A model generated the notes under the pieces. It was not told where the DNA came from. It searched no databases and was given only the letters and a program-made list of their open reading frames with translations. DNA of 64,000 nt, taken from Leucoraja ocellata. Its lineage: Eukaryota. The translations under genes and the position numbers were made by a program. Shown here in pieces: positions 38,046-50,364 of this stretch (the first letter of the stretch is position 1; every line of letters begins with the position of its first letter). Location of the stretch: the NCBI GenBank assembly GCA_036785375.1, contig JAWMAR010000012.1:930001-994000 (forward strand). The letters run 5' to 3'.

Positions 38046-39284
38046 TCTTTGCATCCTCGATTCTATCAGCACTGGAGATTTAGTAGCACCCAAAATGACA
38101 TTTCTTGGATAAAACCTGAAGTATTTCTTCTTTCTTTTGCAGCCACCCATTTGGGCAATTGCGGTGTCATCTTCAACTTCCATGCATCTTTCACTTTAAA
38201 CTTTAAAGTTTCCACTTCTTCAATATATCAGCTGAATGGCTCAACATGTCCTTTGGTATTGTGACATCTTGTACAATGCACACTTCAATTCATGATAGCT
38301 TCTAACAAATGGGATTCCATGCTGGTTATGGGACAATGAAAAACATTTTTCCCTCAAACTCACGAAAGAATTGCCAAGTAGCAATCATAAATGTCCTTCA
38401 ATTCTGAAGAAAATTGACCATACTCTTTGCCAATTTATAATCTCTACACATAACACATAGCATAAAAATATTCAAAAAGGGTCGAACTCAAACTATTTGC
38501 AGGTTGAGTCTAAATTATTAATGCAAATTATTGCAGGCCTCTGATATTGCTATAAAGCTGCAATTGAATCTGTTGACTAACTTGGCTTACAGTATGAACA
38601 GACAAATATAAAGCTAGAATAGAAAGAAGCCCTGTGCTAAAAGATACACTACACCAACATATGCAAGCAGATCAGCAAGGTTCCAAAACTCGGTTGCTGG
38701 ACTAGATTAATAGTTGTTGTTTATCGATGGGCTACTTGTATCTCATTGTAACCAGGGAATGGTGCAGTGAATCTTTATGCACAGACTTTCTATTTGCTAT
38801 ATATCCATATGCCTATTCATGCTGTGACCCTGATTGGACAGGGAAATCATGGAGCATTTTCCTTCTCCAAAGAAATACTATTGTATAAATGCAGCATATT
38901 CGACTTGCTCTAAAGTCTTGAAGATTCAACGGGTCAACAGCTTGTGTACTGGCTTGCAAAATTAAACACCATCTCTTGATATATGCAGGCTGTGTGGTTT
39001 GTTATGGATTCATAGCCCAAAGCCTAAGTTATTGTTTCAGAGGCACAAATACAAATCCCATTTTGGTTGTGAATATTTTATAAAGCCTGCATCTGAAATG
39101 TAAACTGGGTTGTTACAAAAACCCATCTGGTTCACCAATACCCTCCAGGGAAGGAAATTTGTTTCTTGTAGATCCTGTCTGTGTTACCCCAGATTTAACA
39201 ACAAGCTTGATTCCATGCTGCCTTCTACAAAGAAATAGAACCAGCAATACACCTTGCAGCCCTTTGTAGCTATTCTCATTCAGT

Positions 39285-39600
39285 AAAACACAGTAGAATC
39301 ATGGTTAAACTTTTATGTCTGCACCACGTTCTATATAGCTAATAATTGCAATAAGTTCTCCCAGTCTACACCTCAATTATCTTCAGCAGCTGAAGCACCT
39401 CAAGAATTTTGGTCAAGAATTCTAAATATTCACTACCCTGTGGGTGAAGAAATTTCCTCTCATCCCTGTCCTGAATGGCCATCCTCTTATTTGGAGACTG
39501 ATCTCGGGCTCTAGATACTCCAGCCAGAAGAAACATCATCCCTTCACTTACCTTAAGAAAGTTGTATATTTTGTATGAGATCATTACTTTCCAAAAAATA
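39285..39600 (-). mobile_element. Old CR1 3' fragment
   Basis: Reverse complement of gtctagagcc.gagatcagtctc...gagatgagaggaaatttcttcacccacagggtagtgaat. Confidence 0.7.
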
Positions 39601-40499
39601 ACACCTCCTCTCCAGGAGTTCATCTGGTGAACCTACATTGAACTCAATCTACTGGAGAAATTCTGCAAGCAAGCAGCATTTTGCTGGGGAGGGTGAGAGG
39701 GGTGAAGGATTGGTTGATGTTTCAAGTTGAAATGACAAAAAATATATTTTTGCCCTGCCCCCACCCCATGCCCATTGATGTTGCTCCACCCATTGAGTTT
39801 CTCCACCAGATATTTTGTTACTCAAAATTCCACCATATGCAGTCTCTTGTCTTTCCATTCTTATGAAATGCCTTGGTTTTTTTTCTTAATCTGTCAGTGA
39901 TATTGACTTCCTATCCTTGCCTTCACCCTACAGAAACACATTGGCCCTGAACTCCCACTAATTCATTTTTAAGACCCTCCCATTTCTGCAAATGGAGATT
40001 AACCTACAAATAGCTGCTCCATCTATATTTGCCAGGCACTGTCTAATGTTATTGAAATCGGCCTTTCCTCAGGTCAGATATAGTTTTGGACTATCCTTAA
40101 GTCCCTGTCCCACTTGGGCGACCTCCACCGTGACCTCTGGCAACCTTAAGCGACTTTTTTTTAAATTCAAGGTCGCGGTGACCTACGACCTCCTACGACC
40201 TTCCACGACCTCCTACGACCATGTTGAAGGCCTCCCTCGACTATGAAGAAGACCTCCTTCGACCTCCTTCAACCATTTACGTTTTAAGGATGGTCTCTGG
40301 CAAATTGGTCCATGAATGAGCACGACCCCCTTCCACCTCAGAGGACCACACCGAAAACCAACAATGACCAGTGACGAGTGCCTACAGCTCAAATGATCAC
40401 CTGATAAAATGATGTCATGTCTGCATTTCTTTCTCACTAAAAAATGCCTCCCAGGTATTTTTTTAATCATTCTGAACCATGCAAGCAAGGAACTAGTTT

Positions 40500-40740
40500 G
40501 GATGATGATAGTAAAAATACTACTGCTGTTTGCAGTATCCCTTTTGCTTCAACAGCCTTTTAAGAAAGGCAGAAGGGGAAGAGCAAAGGTGAAGAGGAAG
40601 AACAAGAAGAGGTCTCAATGGGTGAATGGAGATGATGTGATGGACTGTTCCAGCACGCCAGATGACTGGAAGAGAGTGCGCTGGGCTTTGACAAAAGATG
40701 GAACTTTAAGCACACATGTGGGGCAGTGGATGGCAAGCAT
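40500..40740 (+). pseudogene. Harbinger DDE transposase remnant
   Basis: KNKKRSQWV...STPDDWKRV, then after a frameshift GFDKRWNFKHTCGAVDGKH (first catalytic Asp motif). Confidence 0.85.
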
Positions 40741-41148
40741 GCCATTCTTGCCTCTGTCCCTGTACCCCTCATTTTCCTTGTCGTTCAGGGTGGCATTCTG
40801 CTGGAACCATTCCTCCTGCTGCCTGGTGAAGGTGTAGGGCATAACCTTCCTCCGGCCCTCCCTCACCACCAATGGGGCATCTGCCTCTGATGCTGTGTCA
40901 GACACAGGAGAAAAGGCTGCTTTGCTGCTTTCAAATGAGAGTGAAGGATGGGGTGGTGGTGGGGACATATACTACCACCCTGGTCTCCTCCTCCAGGGGT
41001 CTCTCATGCAAGGCTACCTCCTCCTGCACTATTACCTCCTGTGGCATCACCTCCTGCCACTCCTCCACCTGGGTGGGCAACACCTGCATGGCAGTTTTCT
41101 TTTGAGGGTTGTGCCCTCCCCACTGCGCTGCTGCCTTTTTGGTGCCAT
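40741..41148 (-). pseudogene. Harbinger Myb/SANT-MADF accessory gene remnant
   Basis: MAPKRQQR..., an acidic tract, then PYTFTRQQEEWFQQNATLNDKENEGYRD; convergent with the transposase remnant. Confidence 0.65.
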
Positions 41149-42084
41149 CTCCAAAACACAAATCTCCTCTCCAAACAACTCTCCAGCTATGAACGAACAT
41201 GCCTTGGAGTGAAAGAGGTGACGTTCTGCTGTTTAAATTACCTTTTTTTTCTACTGACCTTTTATTCACCCCGAGCTATTACCTTCAACCACCTTCGAGT
41301 ACCTACGACTAGCATCACGACCTACTGCGACCGGCTTCGACTAGACCTACGACTAAAAAAATAATTATTTTTCCCACGGCGAACTGTTTTTAGTCGCGGT
41401 CAATTTTTAACATTTTGAAAAATACGCCACGACCTAGCTGAAGCCTCGACTACGCGGAGACCACTCTCGACCATGAAGGAGAGTGACGAAGACCTCCTAC
41501 GACCTCATGGCGACCTTGCCGCGACTATGGGCCGTGGGCAAACTCGTCAGAGGTCGCGGCGGAGGTCGCCGAAGTGGGACAGGGGCTTTATTCCTTTCTA
41601 ACTTCGTTGAAATTTGCCACTATCACCAAAGTGCTTGTCCATCATCACTTCATCTGATTGCCCAGCTTTATTCTAGTATTGCCCCATCCCTAGTAGTATT
41701 ATTTACCAGCACCAAAAGTATTTCTGAACTCAATTCAAAAATTCTATCCTTTCACACCATGACAATTCCAGCTAATATTGGGAAATTAAAATCTACTACT
41801 ATAACCCTCTCATGCCTCTGATTTGCATACAAATCTGCTCTTTTCTCTACTGCCAACTTGTTGGGAGGCTTGAAGTACAACTGCAGCAAAGTGATCATTT
41901 TTGTTATTTCTAAGCACTGAACATTTGGTCTCATTTGCAAAGCTGTTTAAAACATTACCGTAATGATACGCTCCTTGATCAATAGTACAATTTCCCATCC
42001 TCTTACATGCCCTCCCCTAACATGCCTAAAATGTTGTACCGTCAAATGTCAAGTTACCACTAATCCCCTAACTGTACATCTATT

Positions 42085-42300
42085 CTGAGTTTCTCTGTGT
42101 GCTCTGGTTCCCTCCCACACTCCACACACGTACAGGTTTGTAGGTTAATTGGCTTTGGTAAAATTGTAAATTGACCCCAGTGTGTGTGTGTGTGTGTGTG
42201 TAGGATAGTTTAGTGTGCAGGGATCGCTGGTCGGCGCGGACTTGGTGGACCAAAGGAACCTGTTTCCACGCTGTATCTCTATACTAATCTAAACTAAACC
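42085..42300 (+). mobile_element. HE1-type V-SINE 3' part with internal (TG)n and (ctaaa)n tail
   Basis: ctcccacactcc...gtacaggtttgtaggttaattggc...cctgtttccacgctgtatctct. Confidence 0.85.
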
Positions 42301-42504
42301 CCTTAACTCCAATCCATCCCCACCTACCAAAACTCCCCACACAAACCCCATACCCTCCCACCCCCTACTTACGTCCTCTACCCACACACACCAGCACCCT
42401 ACTGCCTACCCCCTACGTTTCTGCCACCCACCACGACTATCCCCACCTATCCAACTATCTACCCACCCCTCAACCCACCCCATAACCTCGCCTCCAACCC
42501 CCGA

Positions 42505-42605
42505 AACCCACCCACCGCCCCAACCCACCCCACCGCCCCAACCCACCCACTGCCCCAACCCACCCCACCGCCCCAACCCACCCCACCGCCCCAACCCACC
42601 CCACC
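42505..42605. repeat. 18-bp C-rich tandem repeat, about 5 copies
   Basis: ccgccccaacccacccca. Confidence 0.9.
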
Positions 42606-43084
42606 TTTTTACTTCACTGAACAAAAGTAGTAATGTAAAAATAGCCCGCTGATACTATTATCCAATACTTGTTCACTATCGCCCACACTAGGCTTTCTTT
42701 TGTACAAAACATGCTGTGAGTGCTGTTCCTCTGTTTTATCCACTCAGCTGTGGTCTAGACAGCTCAGCCTAAATGGCTTTGTGAAAAGTTTACATTTGCA
42801 ATTATAAAGTGAGACCCCCAATCACATTCTGTTAAACATAATTTCCCTTTCATGAATCCATGTTGAGACACCCCATTCATATGATAGTTTTCTAAGTGCC
42901 TTTTGAGAAGCAAAAGAGTTGGCCACACAATCCATTCTCAGATCAAGCAGTAGAATATGCATTCAACCCATTTCTCAATCACACACTCTCTCCAAATGAA
43001 ACAAGCACACCGTTTTTCATGCGTTCTGGAGAGTAGGTGCAACAATTCTGATAATGTATACAAGACAATAATCACATCTTAAGC

Positions 43085-43295
43085 AAAAAGGACACGAAGT
43101 GCTGGAGTAATTTAGCAGCATCTCTGGAGAACATAGATAGGTGATGTTTCGTCGAGAACCCTCTTCAGGCCAATTGTCCTGACCCAAAACGTTACCTATC
43201 CATGTTCTCCAGAGATGCTGCTTGACCCGCTGAGTGACTCCAGCACTTTGTGTATTTGTTTGTAAACCAGCATCTGTAGTTCTTTGTTTCTACAA
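43085..43295. mobile_element. Palindromic back-to-back PLE ends
   Basis: gtgctggagtaa...gcagcatctctggagaacatagataggtgatgttt / aaacgttacctatccatgttctccagagatgctgc...actccagcac. Confidence 0.85.
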
Positions 43296-43569
43296 TGTAA
43301 AAAGGCATGTGCTCAGTTGCTTCTGATATTATTTTCCCTGTGTGACCTCTGCTTCTCATCAGTGTTAAACTGTAACAGACCATTCCTTTGATTTAATCAA
43401 TCAATAATTGATCATTAACCAATCTCTGCTAAGGTAGTTTGTACTGAACAACTGTTCGTCCTGGCCAATATTCAACATTCCATCTGCTGACCATCTATGT
43501 TTAACAGATTTGTCACCTACTTTTATTTCTAAAATATTAATTGCCTCGAGAAGAGGACCATCTCAGGAG

Positions 43570-44990
43570 AATCCCATTATCTTTTTTTCCCACATTCTTC
43601 TAGGTGTCTTTTACCTTGTGAACAGGCTCATTATTCCAAAACCCGTGTGTTTTTATAAAACGTGGCATTGACTATTGACTCCATGTATGTCAATCAAGTC
43701 TTAATCTGTGTTACCTGATTGCCGTGGAGTTTGCTGCAAAGATTCGCACAATCCAGTGACCTTCAGTGAAGAGAGGTTATTTTTTAACATTCCATGGATG
43801 GTTTATTCTTTAATTATACCACTGGGCCTTGAGCTCAGCTATACAAACCCAGTCTAACTTTCATATTAACCCAATAGTCCCTGTGTAAATAAACTTGTCC
43901 TATACTGGACATCTCTTTTAAACTTTCCCCATCTGACATTAAACCTATGGCTTCTATTCTTCGACATTTCCATTCTGAGAAAGAGGTTCTGACGGTCTCC
44001 ACGGATCTATGCCTCTCATAATTATATATACTTCTATCATATCTCCCAACAACCACTGATGGTCCACAGACAACAATCAGTTTGGTCAACCTCTCCTTAC
44101 AGCTAATACCTTCTAATTCAGGCAACATTCTGGTAAATCTCTTCTGCATCCTTTTTTCTGTGATGAGGGGACCAAAACTTCACACAATACTCCTGATGCA
44201 GGTTAACCTCATTTTCATAAAGTTGTAATACTGACTCTTGCACTCAATGCCTCGACTGATGAAGGCAAACATACCAGACACATGGTTCAGGTCGACACAA
44301 AATGCTGGAGTAACTCAGCGGGTGAGGCAGCATCTATGGAGAGAAGGAATTGGCGACGTTTCGGGTCGAGTCCCTTCTTCTGATCCCACAGAGGGGGAGC
44401 AGTGAGATAGGATGTTGCTAAACTCTCGTCGGAGAGAGGAGAACTTCTTCAAAGTAGACATTCCTTGAGGAGATTTTGCAGTGGAGTGAACTAAATGTTT
44501 CAGAAAGAACTGCAGATGCTGGTAAAATCGAAGGTAGACATAAAATGCTGGAGTAACTCAGGGAATTATTCCAGCATTTTGTGTTTACCCTCGATTTTAC
44601 CAGCATCTGCAGTTCTTTCTTAAACACATGGTTCAGGTCATCAGGTTCTAGAAATGTATTACCTTTCAGTCCCATTAATTTATCCAATATTTTGCTACTT
44701 TCTTTTAGCTTCCCAAACCTGTTGTTCTCTATAATTTCTAAAAGATTTTCAGCATCATTATCTGTATTGACAGACAGCAAATATTTAATTTCTCTGCCTT
44801 TTTCTTATTCTCCAGTTTTATTCCTCACGTCTCAGTCTAAAAGCAACCCATGTCAACATTTGTTAAACATTCTCTCTCTACACATGCTAGTTTCCCTTTC
44901 CATTTCAATGCCTTTGTCCTCCTTTGCTGAATTCTGAGTTTTTCCCAACCTTCCGTCTTACTGCTCCACTGGCAAGATCGTAAATCTGAA
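43570..44990 (-). mobile_element. Old CR1 fragments with a nested PLE palindrome
   Basis: MQKRFTRMLPELEGISCKERL (43835-44149) and KLMGLKGNTFLEPDDL (44640-44700). Confidence 0.75.
44294..44623. mobile_element. Composite PLE-end insertion with 16-bp TSD
   Basis: ACACATGGTTCAGGTC at 44278-44293 and 44624-44639. Antisense hammerhead at 44353-44382. Palindrome at about 44500-44623. Confidence 0.85.
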
Positions 44991-45049
44991 AGATGCAAAA
45001 CTGCAGGCGCTGGAAAAATAACATTAAAAAATGCTGGAAAGACTCAATA

Positions 45050-45266
45050 CCCTACACACACTAGGGACAATTTTTACATTTACACCAAGTCAGTTAACCT
45101 ACTAACCTGCATATCTTTGGAGTGTGGGAGGAAACCCGAAGATCTCAGAGGAAAACCGCACAGGTCACGGGGAGAACATACAAATTCCGTACAGACAGTC
45201 AGGATCGAACCCGGGTCTCTGGCACTGTAAGGCAGTAGCTCTAACGCTATACCACCATGTCACCCA
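45050..45266 (-). mobile_element. HE1-type V-SINE
   Basis: ggagtgtgggaggaaacc...caggatcgaacccgggtctctgg (B box)...accaccatgtcaccc. Confidence 0.88.
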
Positions 45267-45299
45267 AGTCGGCAGCTAATATTATCAAAGATTCGCATC

Positions 45300-45640
45300 T
45301 TACTGGCCATGCTCTTATCTCTCTGCCATGATCGAAAAGAAAATACACGAGACGGAGAACCATTACATCCAGATTCAAGAAGAACCTTCTTCCCCTCATC
45401 CATCACTCTTGAACCACCCTAACCCCAACCCTAACCATAACTTAATACTGAACCTCTATGGATTTTGTATAAAGTTACACCACATACTTTGGCTTGCACT
45501 ATTATGATCTGGTTTACCAGTAAAGCTGAAAATTTATTGTGTATTTATTTGTCGTGTTATTGCATTTAATGTGCCTGTAAAGCTGCAGCAAGTAGGAATT
45601 TCAATGTTCCATTCTCGATGTATATGACACTTAACTCATA
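45300..45640 (+). mobile_element. Rex1-like 3' end, degraded
   Basis: ccagattcaagaagaaccttcttccc...gctgcagcaagtaggaatttcaatgttc. Confidence 0.6.
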
Positions 45641-46018
45641 AAATGGAGATAATAAAACCACAATCTCACTATCCTAGTTATCTCACACAGACCATCAGAT
45701 TGAATAAATAAACCAAAAATAACAAGGTATTTTTAATCTTATTTAGTCTTTAAATCAAAAGTTGCACATTTGCTCTTGCTTCCCTGAAATCACTCACCCA
45801 CACAATGAGTACAACACTCCACACCGTGCTTGAGCAGAACACATGGATTTATATTCCAAGGCCCAATAAGTATATTAGCCTCAGTTAACAAATGCCAGCC
45901 GGTTACCCAATTAACTAGGAATTCGTTTACTGTTAACTTACCACTGAATAAGAAGGTTAATGAAATCTAACAACAAAACTAAATAACACAAATACATATT
46001 TAAAACTAAATCATCATC

Positions 46019-46224
46019 TGTAAATAAGCATATTACACAGTCTGGAGTTTAAAGTCATCTTTAATTAATACACATAATATAGTGGTACAGCAGGGTGTTA
46101 GTTGCTAGTTCATCATCACCTTTTCCATGACTGCCTAGTGTAGGAAGTGGGTGATAATATAAAGCATACAGTAAGGTGGGGTTAGTGATGGTGTTTATAC
46201 TATGATTGTTCACATGCAATAACA
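46019..46224. mobile_element. Second copy of the short LTR-like element
   Basis: Colinear with 4041-4257 (tgtaaataagca...catacagtaaggtggggttagtgatg...cacatgcaataac). Confidence 0.85.
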
Positions 46225-47899
46225 AAATGGCTGCAGCACTCGGTAGGCAGTGCATGCTGTGCAGAAACCTATAGTCACTGTCATCGCTGCATCAATGGTC
46301 CATCAAGTTATTCAGATAAGATGGACCATAAACACCCACATTGCCAGTGAAGCCCATGGCCTAAAAAACAAATAAATTAAAATAAAACTGCTGGGGACTC
46401 CAGGTAAATGTCACACAGTCTCCAGCCAATATACCATACACGATCCAAGGGCAATTGCTTGCTTATATTTAACATCAAGTTTATAGTTTGATTTTAGTTT
46501 TTCCAAGTCCTTGGAAACTATAGGAATAGATTTATTTTGCCCTTCCAACTGAGCAATACTAAATTGTACAAATCTGAAATAATCAACATGTCTAACAGTT
46601 TTCCTGCTGTTGTCCAGTATAATGGCCAACGTTTCCCATTGTCAAGCACACATTTTAGTCAATGTTATGTTGACTACAAATCAGAGGCTCTGCTTGAATG
46701 AACAAGATGAACAGCATGCATTCCATGTGCAACTGTATCCCCAGAATGTTCTTATAACATAATATTGGATAGCGGTTTTGTTCATTTCTTCTTGATGTTA
46801 TGTATCACAATCATATAGATGCCAAACCCTAGACATTTAAGCACTGCATGTGTTATGATACCAAGCCTCCAGGTGATTACATCCAAAAGCTATCAACTAA
46901 AAGCCCAGGCTCACTTTATCAAAATCCTCTGGAGAAAAATTGACTAAAATTCAGATTAAAGACCTTTGACTTGAAACATTAACTCTCTCTCTCTCTCTCT
47001 CCATACAAGTCTGCTGATGCCCTGAGTAATTCCAGCACTTTCAGTTTTTATTTCAAATCTCCAGTTGATGGAGTTTTTGGCTTTTTGATTTTTTTCTAAT
47101 AGAACTGTTTGTGTTTATATAAGGCTGGCACTCCAATACACAATAGGCTGAAAACCTTCCTTTCTGTTGATGATTCTTCCAAGCATTATAAATGCATCTC
47201 TCAACTATGGTGAACACACTGTTCCGTGGATTGCCTTGGTAAAGAATGGGACTATGGGAGTGAATCCCCACAGAAAATCAGGAGTGTATTACTGGAGGTG
47301 GACTGAGAGCATCCCACGATCACTCCAGCAGTTCCTGTATCCAAGCACATCTACAGCCTTGTCATGACTTTGTCGAGTCACTGAAATCAGGTTCTCCTGA
47401 ATGGGAGACTGAGGCTGAATGTGCTCAATTTCTTCTTCGCTATAATCCACGTCACAGGGATATCATGGCATCACAACACCTCCTTTGTCGTTGGGGGAGC
47501 ATCAACCACACTCATCTTACTGTGGCTGGGGTGGGGTTTACCTTTCCCATGGGCCAAACAAGAACAAACGGAAGAGAGTAACTGCAAGCACAATTGGAGC
47601 ATGAAATGTGTCTATCTTAATGGACAACTCTCGCACTGCAGCACAATAGACTAGATGACCTGGTCTTACTCGAAAACAAGAGACAAGTAACATCAACATG
47701 AACAGGATGAATCATTTCTACTGAATTCTAAATGTCCCCGAAATATTGCACATCATCATTACTTAAGCATACATTTTTGTGCCCCATGCCTACATCAGAT
47801 AATACCTATAATATGCTGACATTGAAGAAAACTTTAAATGAGCAAAAATATCATATCCTTCTCCCTCCCAAGTAAAGGCACTTGAGACAATGGTATTCG

Positions 47900-48230
47900 G
47901 GTGAGGGTGGCACAATGGCTCAGCACAATCACTACCTGACACAGCCAGAGACCTGGGTTCAATCCTGATTTCTGATGCAGCTTGCGTGGAGTTTGCACAT
48001 TCCCCTTGTGATATTCAAGGTGCTCCATTGTCCTCTGACATTGCAAAGACAGGCAGAGTTGTTAGGTCAATTGGCTGCTGTACATTTTCCTGAGTGTGGA
48101 GGTGAGTGGTACAATCTGTGGACACCTTACATGAATGTGAGGAGAATAATATATGGGATTAATGTAGAATTAGTGTAAATGATGGACAGCACAGGCTGAG
48201 TGCTCTGAAGGATAATTTCCCTGCTGTGCC
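47900..48230 (+). mobile_element. V-SINE, older copy
   Basis: cacagccagagacctgggttcaatcctga (B box), gtggagtttgcacattcccc. Confidence 0.75.
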
Positions 48231-50364
48231 TCCAATGCAATGGCAATGACTGCAGCTGGTATCCACTCTGCCGCTTGCACTGATTGAGAGAGGTGACATG
48301 AAAATTCTAGCACTGCCTTTGAATTTCCTTCAGTAGATCAAAGCTGTTCTTAAAGATGTCCACTAACTTTCACTGGATGACCTTTACCTTCACGATGTTG
48401 AGAGTACCATCAGGCGAAGGGCCAGCTGCACATTTTCTCTTCTCAAGAAGGAGCACCAAAGTATGTTCACAAATTCAGGAACACACATTTGCAACTCCTT
48501 CTTCCCAGTACCCAATTCATCACTAAAGCACGAGTAAAATGGAATGGGTCTTTGTGGACAATTTTATCCTGCTCCATTCCTCATGAGAAATAAATTCAGT
48601 AGTGATGCTACATGAATGTTAGATCTGAATAAAATGCAAGATTCAGCCAGATACTCATGTTACTTCCAATTTCCTCATAAGGGTCACCTGAGGCTCAGGG
48701 TTTAAAACCTTATTAAAACTGGTGAAGCTAATGTAAGTAGTGTTCCATTAAATATACCAATATTCCAGAATCATTTAAGGGACTAGAATCTTACTGGGAA
48801 AATATAGTTAATTCTTCTTAGATTATTCTGCGAGCCTCTGACATTGGATATGTATGCCATGACAATTTGAAGGAGCAATTTGCAAGCCAGTGAAGTTGTC
48901 CTATTTAAATGTAATAACAACTAAACATCATTAACAATTCTCAATGCAGAAATGTTACAATGACAGACATTTAAATCTGGAGTTAATAGCCAGTGTCTCT
49001 GAAAATGTCAATGAAATGAACAGACAACATTTTACTTTCTAGACTTGTTAATTTTTAGACTTTATAATTACAAAGAAAAAATGATTGCCTAAAATAGTTA
49101 TTGCCTCTTTAAATAATCCAATTCACATTTTAGAAGTTTCAAAATGTATGAGGACAAACACCTGGTGCCTAAAGCAAATGGCAGGCACTGGCAGGTACAT
49201 TTTATTTGCTGGTGAATGGCCAGAGCATAATTTGTAACCATTTTGTTTGCAACAATCTCCATAATTCTAAATGTGGGAAATAGTTTTTTATCAAGTAATT
49301 TCCAATCTTTACTGGGGAAAAGAAACAACACATCAACATGAATTTAGCTCTGGAAAATAATTATCATGTCTGCAACTAATGATGCAAAATGAAGAACTTG
49401 TATTAATAACCTTTGCTGACAAATTCACTTGTATTATCAGATGGTAAAGATATGCTAATTAAATCATTTTTCACAGTTTCATGCAGGAAAGTGCCTTCAC
49501 TGTCAATTTAACCAGCGATTCTACTTAAAGTTAATTGTCATATTGTGCTGCAGCACTCTCAGTGAACCCAATGAACCACTTCCTCTATCACATAATTCAA
49601 CAAAATGTGACAAATTTTAACTTTCTATTTTATGTCTGATCTTCGTTTTAATGAGTTTTATTAAGCAGAAAATGTCGCAAGAAATTATATTACTATTTTT
49701 CGGAACAATTTAGGACATTTATGACCTTTTTGTAAATTGGGCCCTCATTATAAAGATCACTGACTTTAATACAGCAAACACAAACCAAAAGAGATGAAAC
49801 TGGAAAAACAGTGTTTTGCATACATCTGTGCTGCATCAAGCACTAAATAAAGCAAATCTAGTTTCCAAAACTAACAGTCAATTGACTGCACTTGAGATTG
49901 AAGCCTTTCCAAGATTGCTTGGAATGAATCATTTGGGAACTTGTCCTCACTCACAGAGGGAGCACAGATTGCAATTACAAATGTTATCCAGCATATATGA
50001 CCTAGATATACGGCAACAGAGTCATAGTGAGAATCAAAGGGTATATTTTCTCCCAACTGGAAGGAGATGCATGTTGTAGATGTTGTTTGCAAGTGGATAA
50101 AATCTGGTTACACTGTCAGAATGCATGAAGCTGCTTGTAAATGCTAGAATATAAGACCAAATAGATATTCAAGATCATTTCAAGGCTGACATTCCTGTAA
50201 AAGGCTATTGCCAGTACAGATAAATGACGTTACAGCTCTAATTTTAGTGAAGTACATTTTTCTTGTCCAGTTGCTGTTTCTTGATCCACTGAGAGTATTA
50301 TTGTTCCATGTTTTGGGTTTAGCTCCTACACTCGGGCCAACACACTATATGTTTTTATTATTCA

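Larger units (their letters stand above)
40100..41587. mobile_element. Internally deleted PIF/Harbinger DNA transposon, 1488 bp
   Basis: TIR AGTCCCTGTCCCACTT / AAGTGGGACAGGGGCT, TSD TTA/TTA, and subterminal (cgacct) repeats. Confidence 0.93.

Noticed and set aside
45180-45266. tRNA genes suggested by A/B boxes (also 47900, 53450, 57693)
   Set aside because: They are SINE heads continuous with the V-domain; no cloverleaf.
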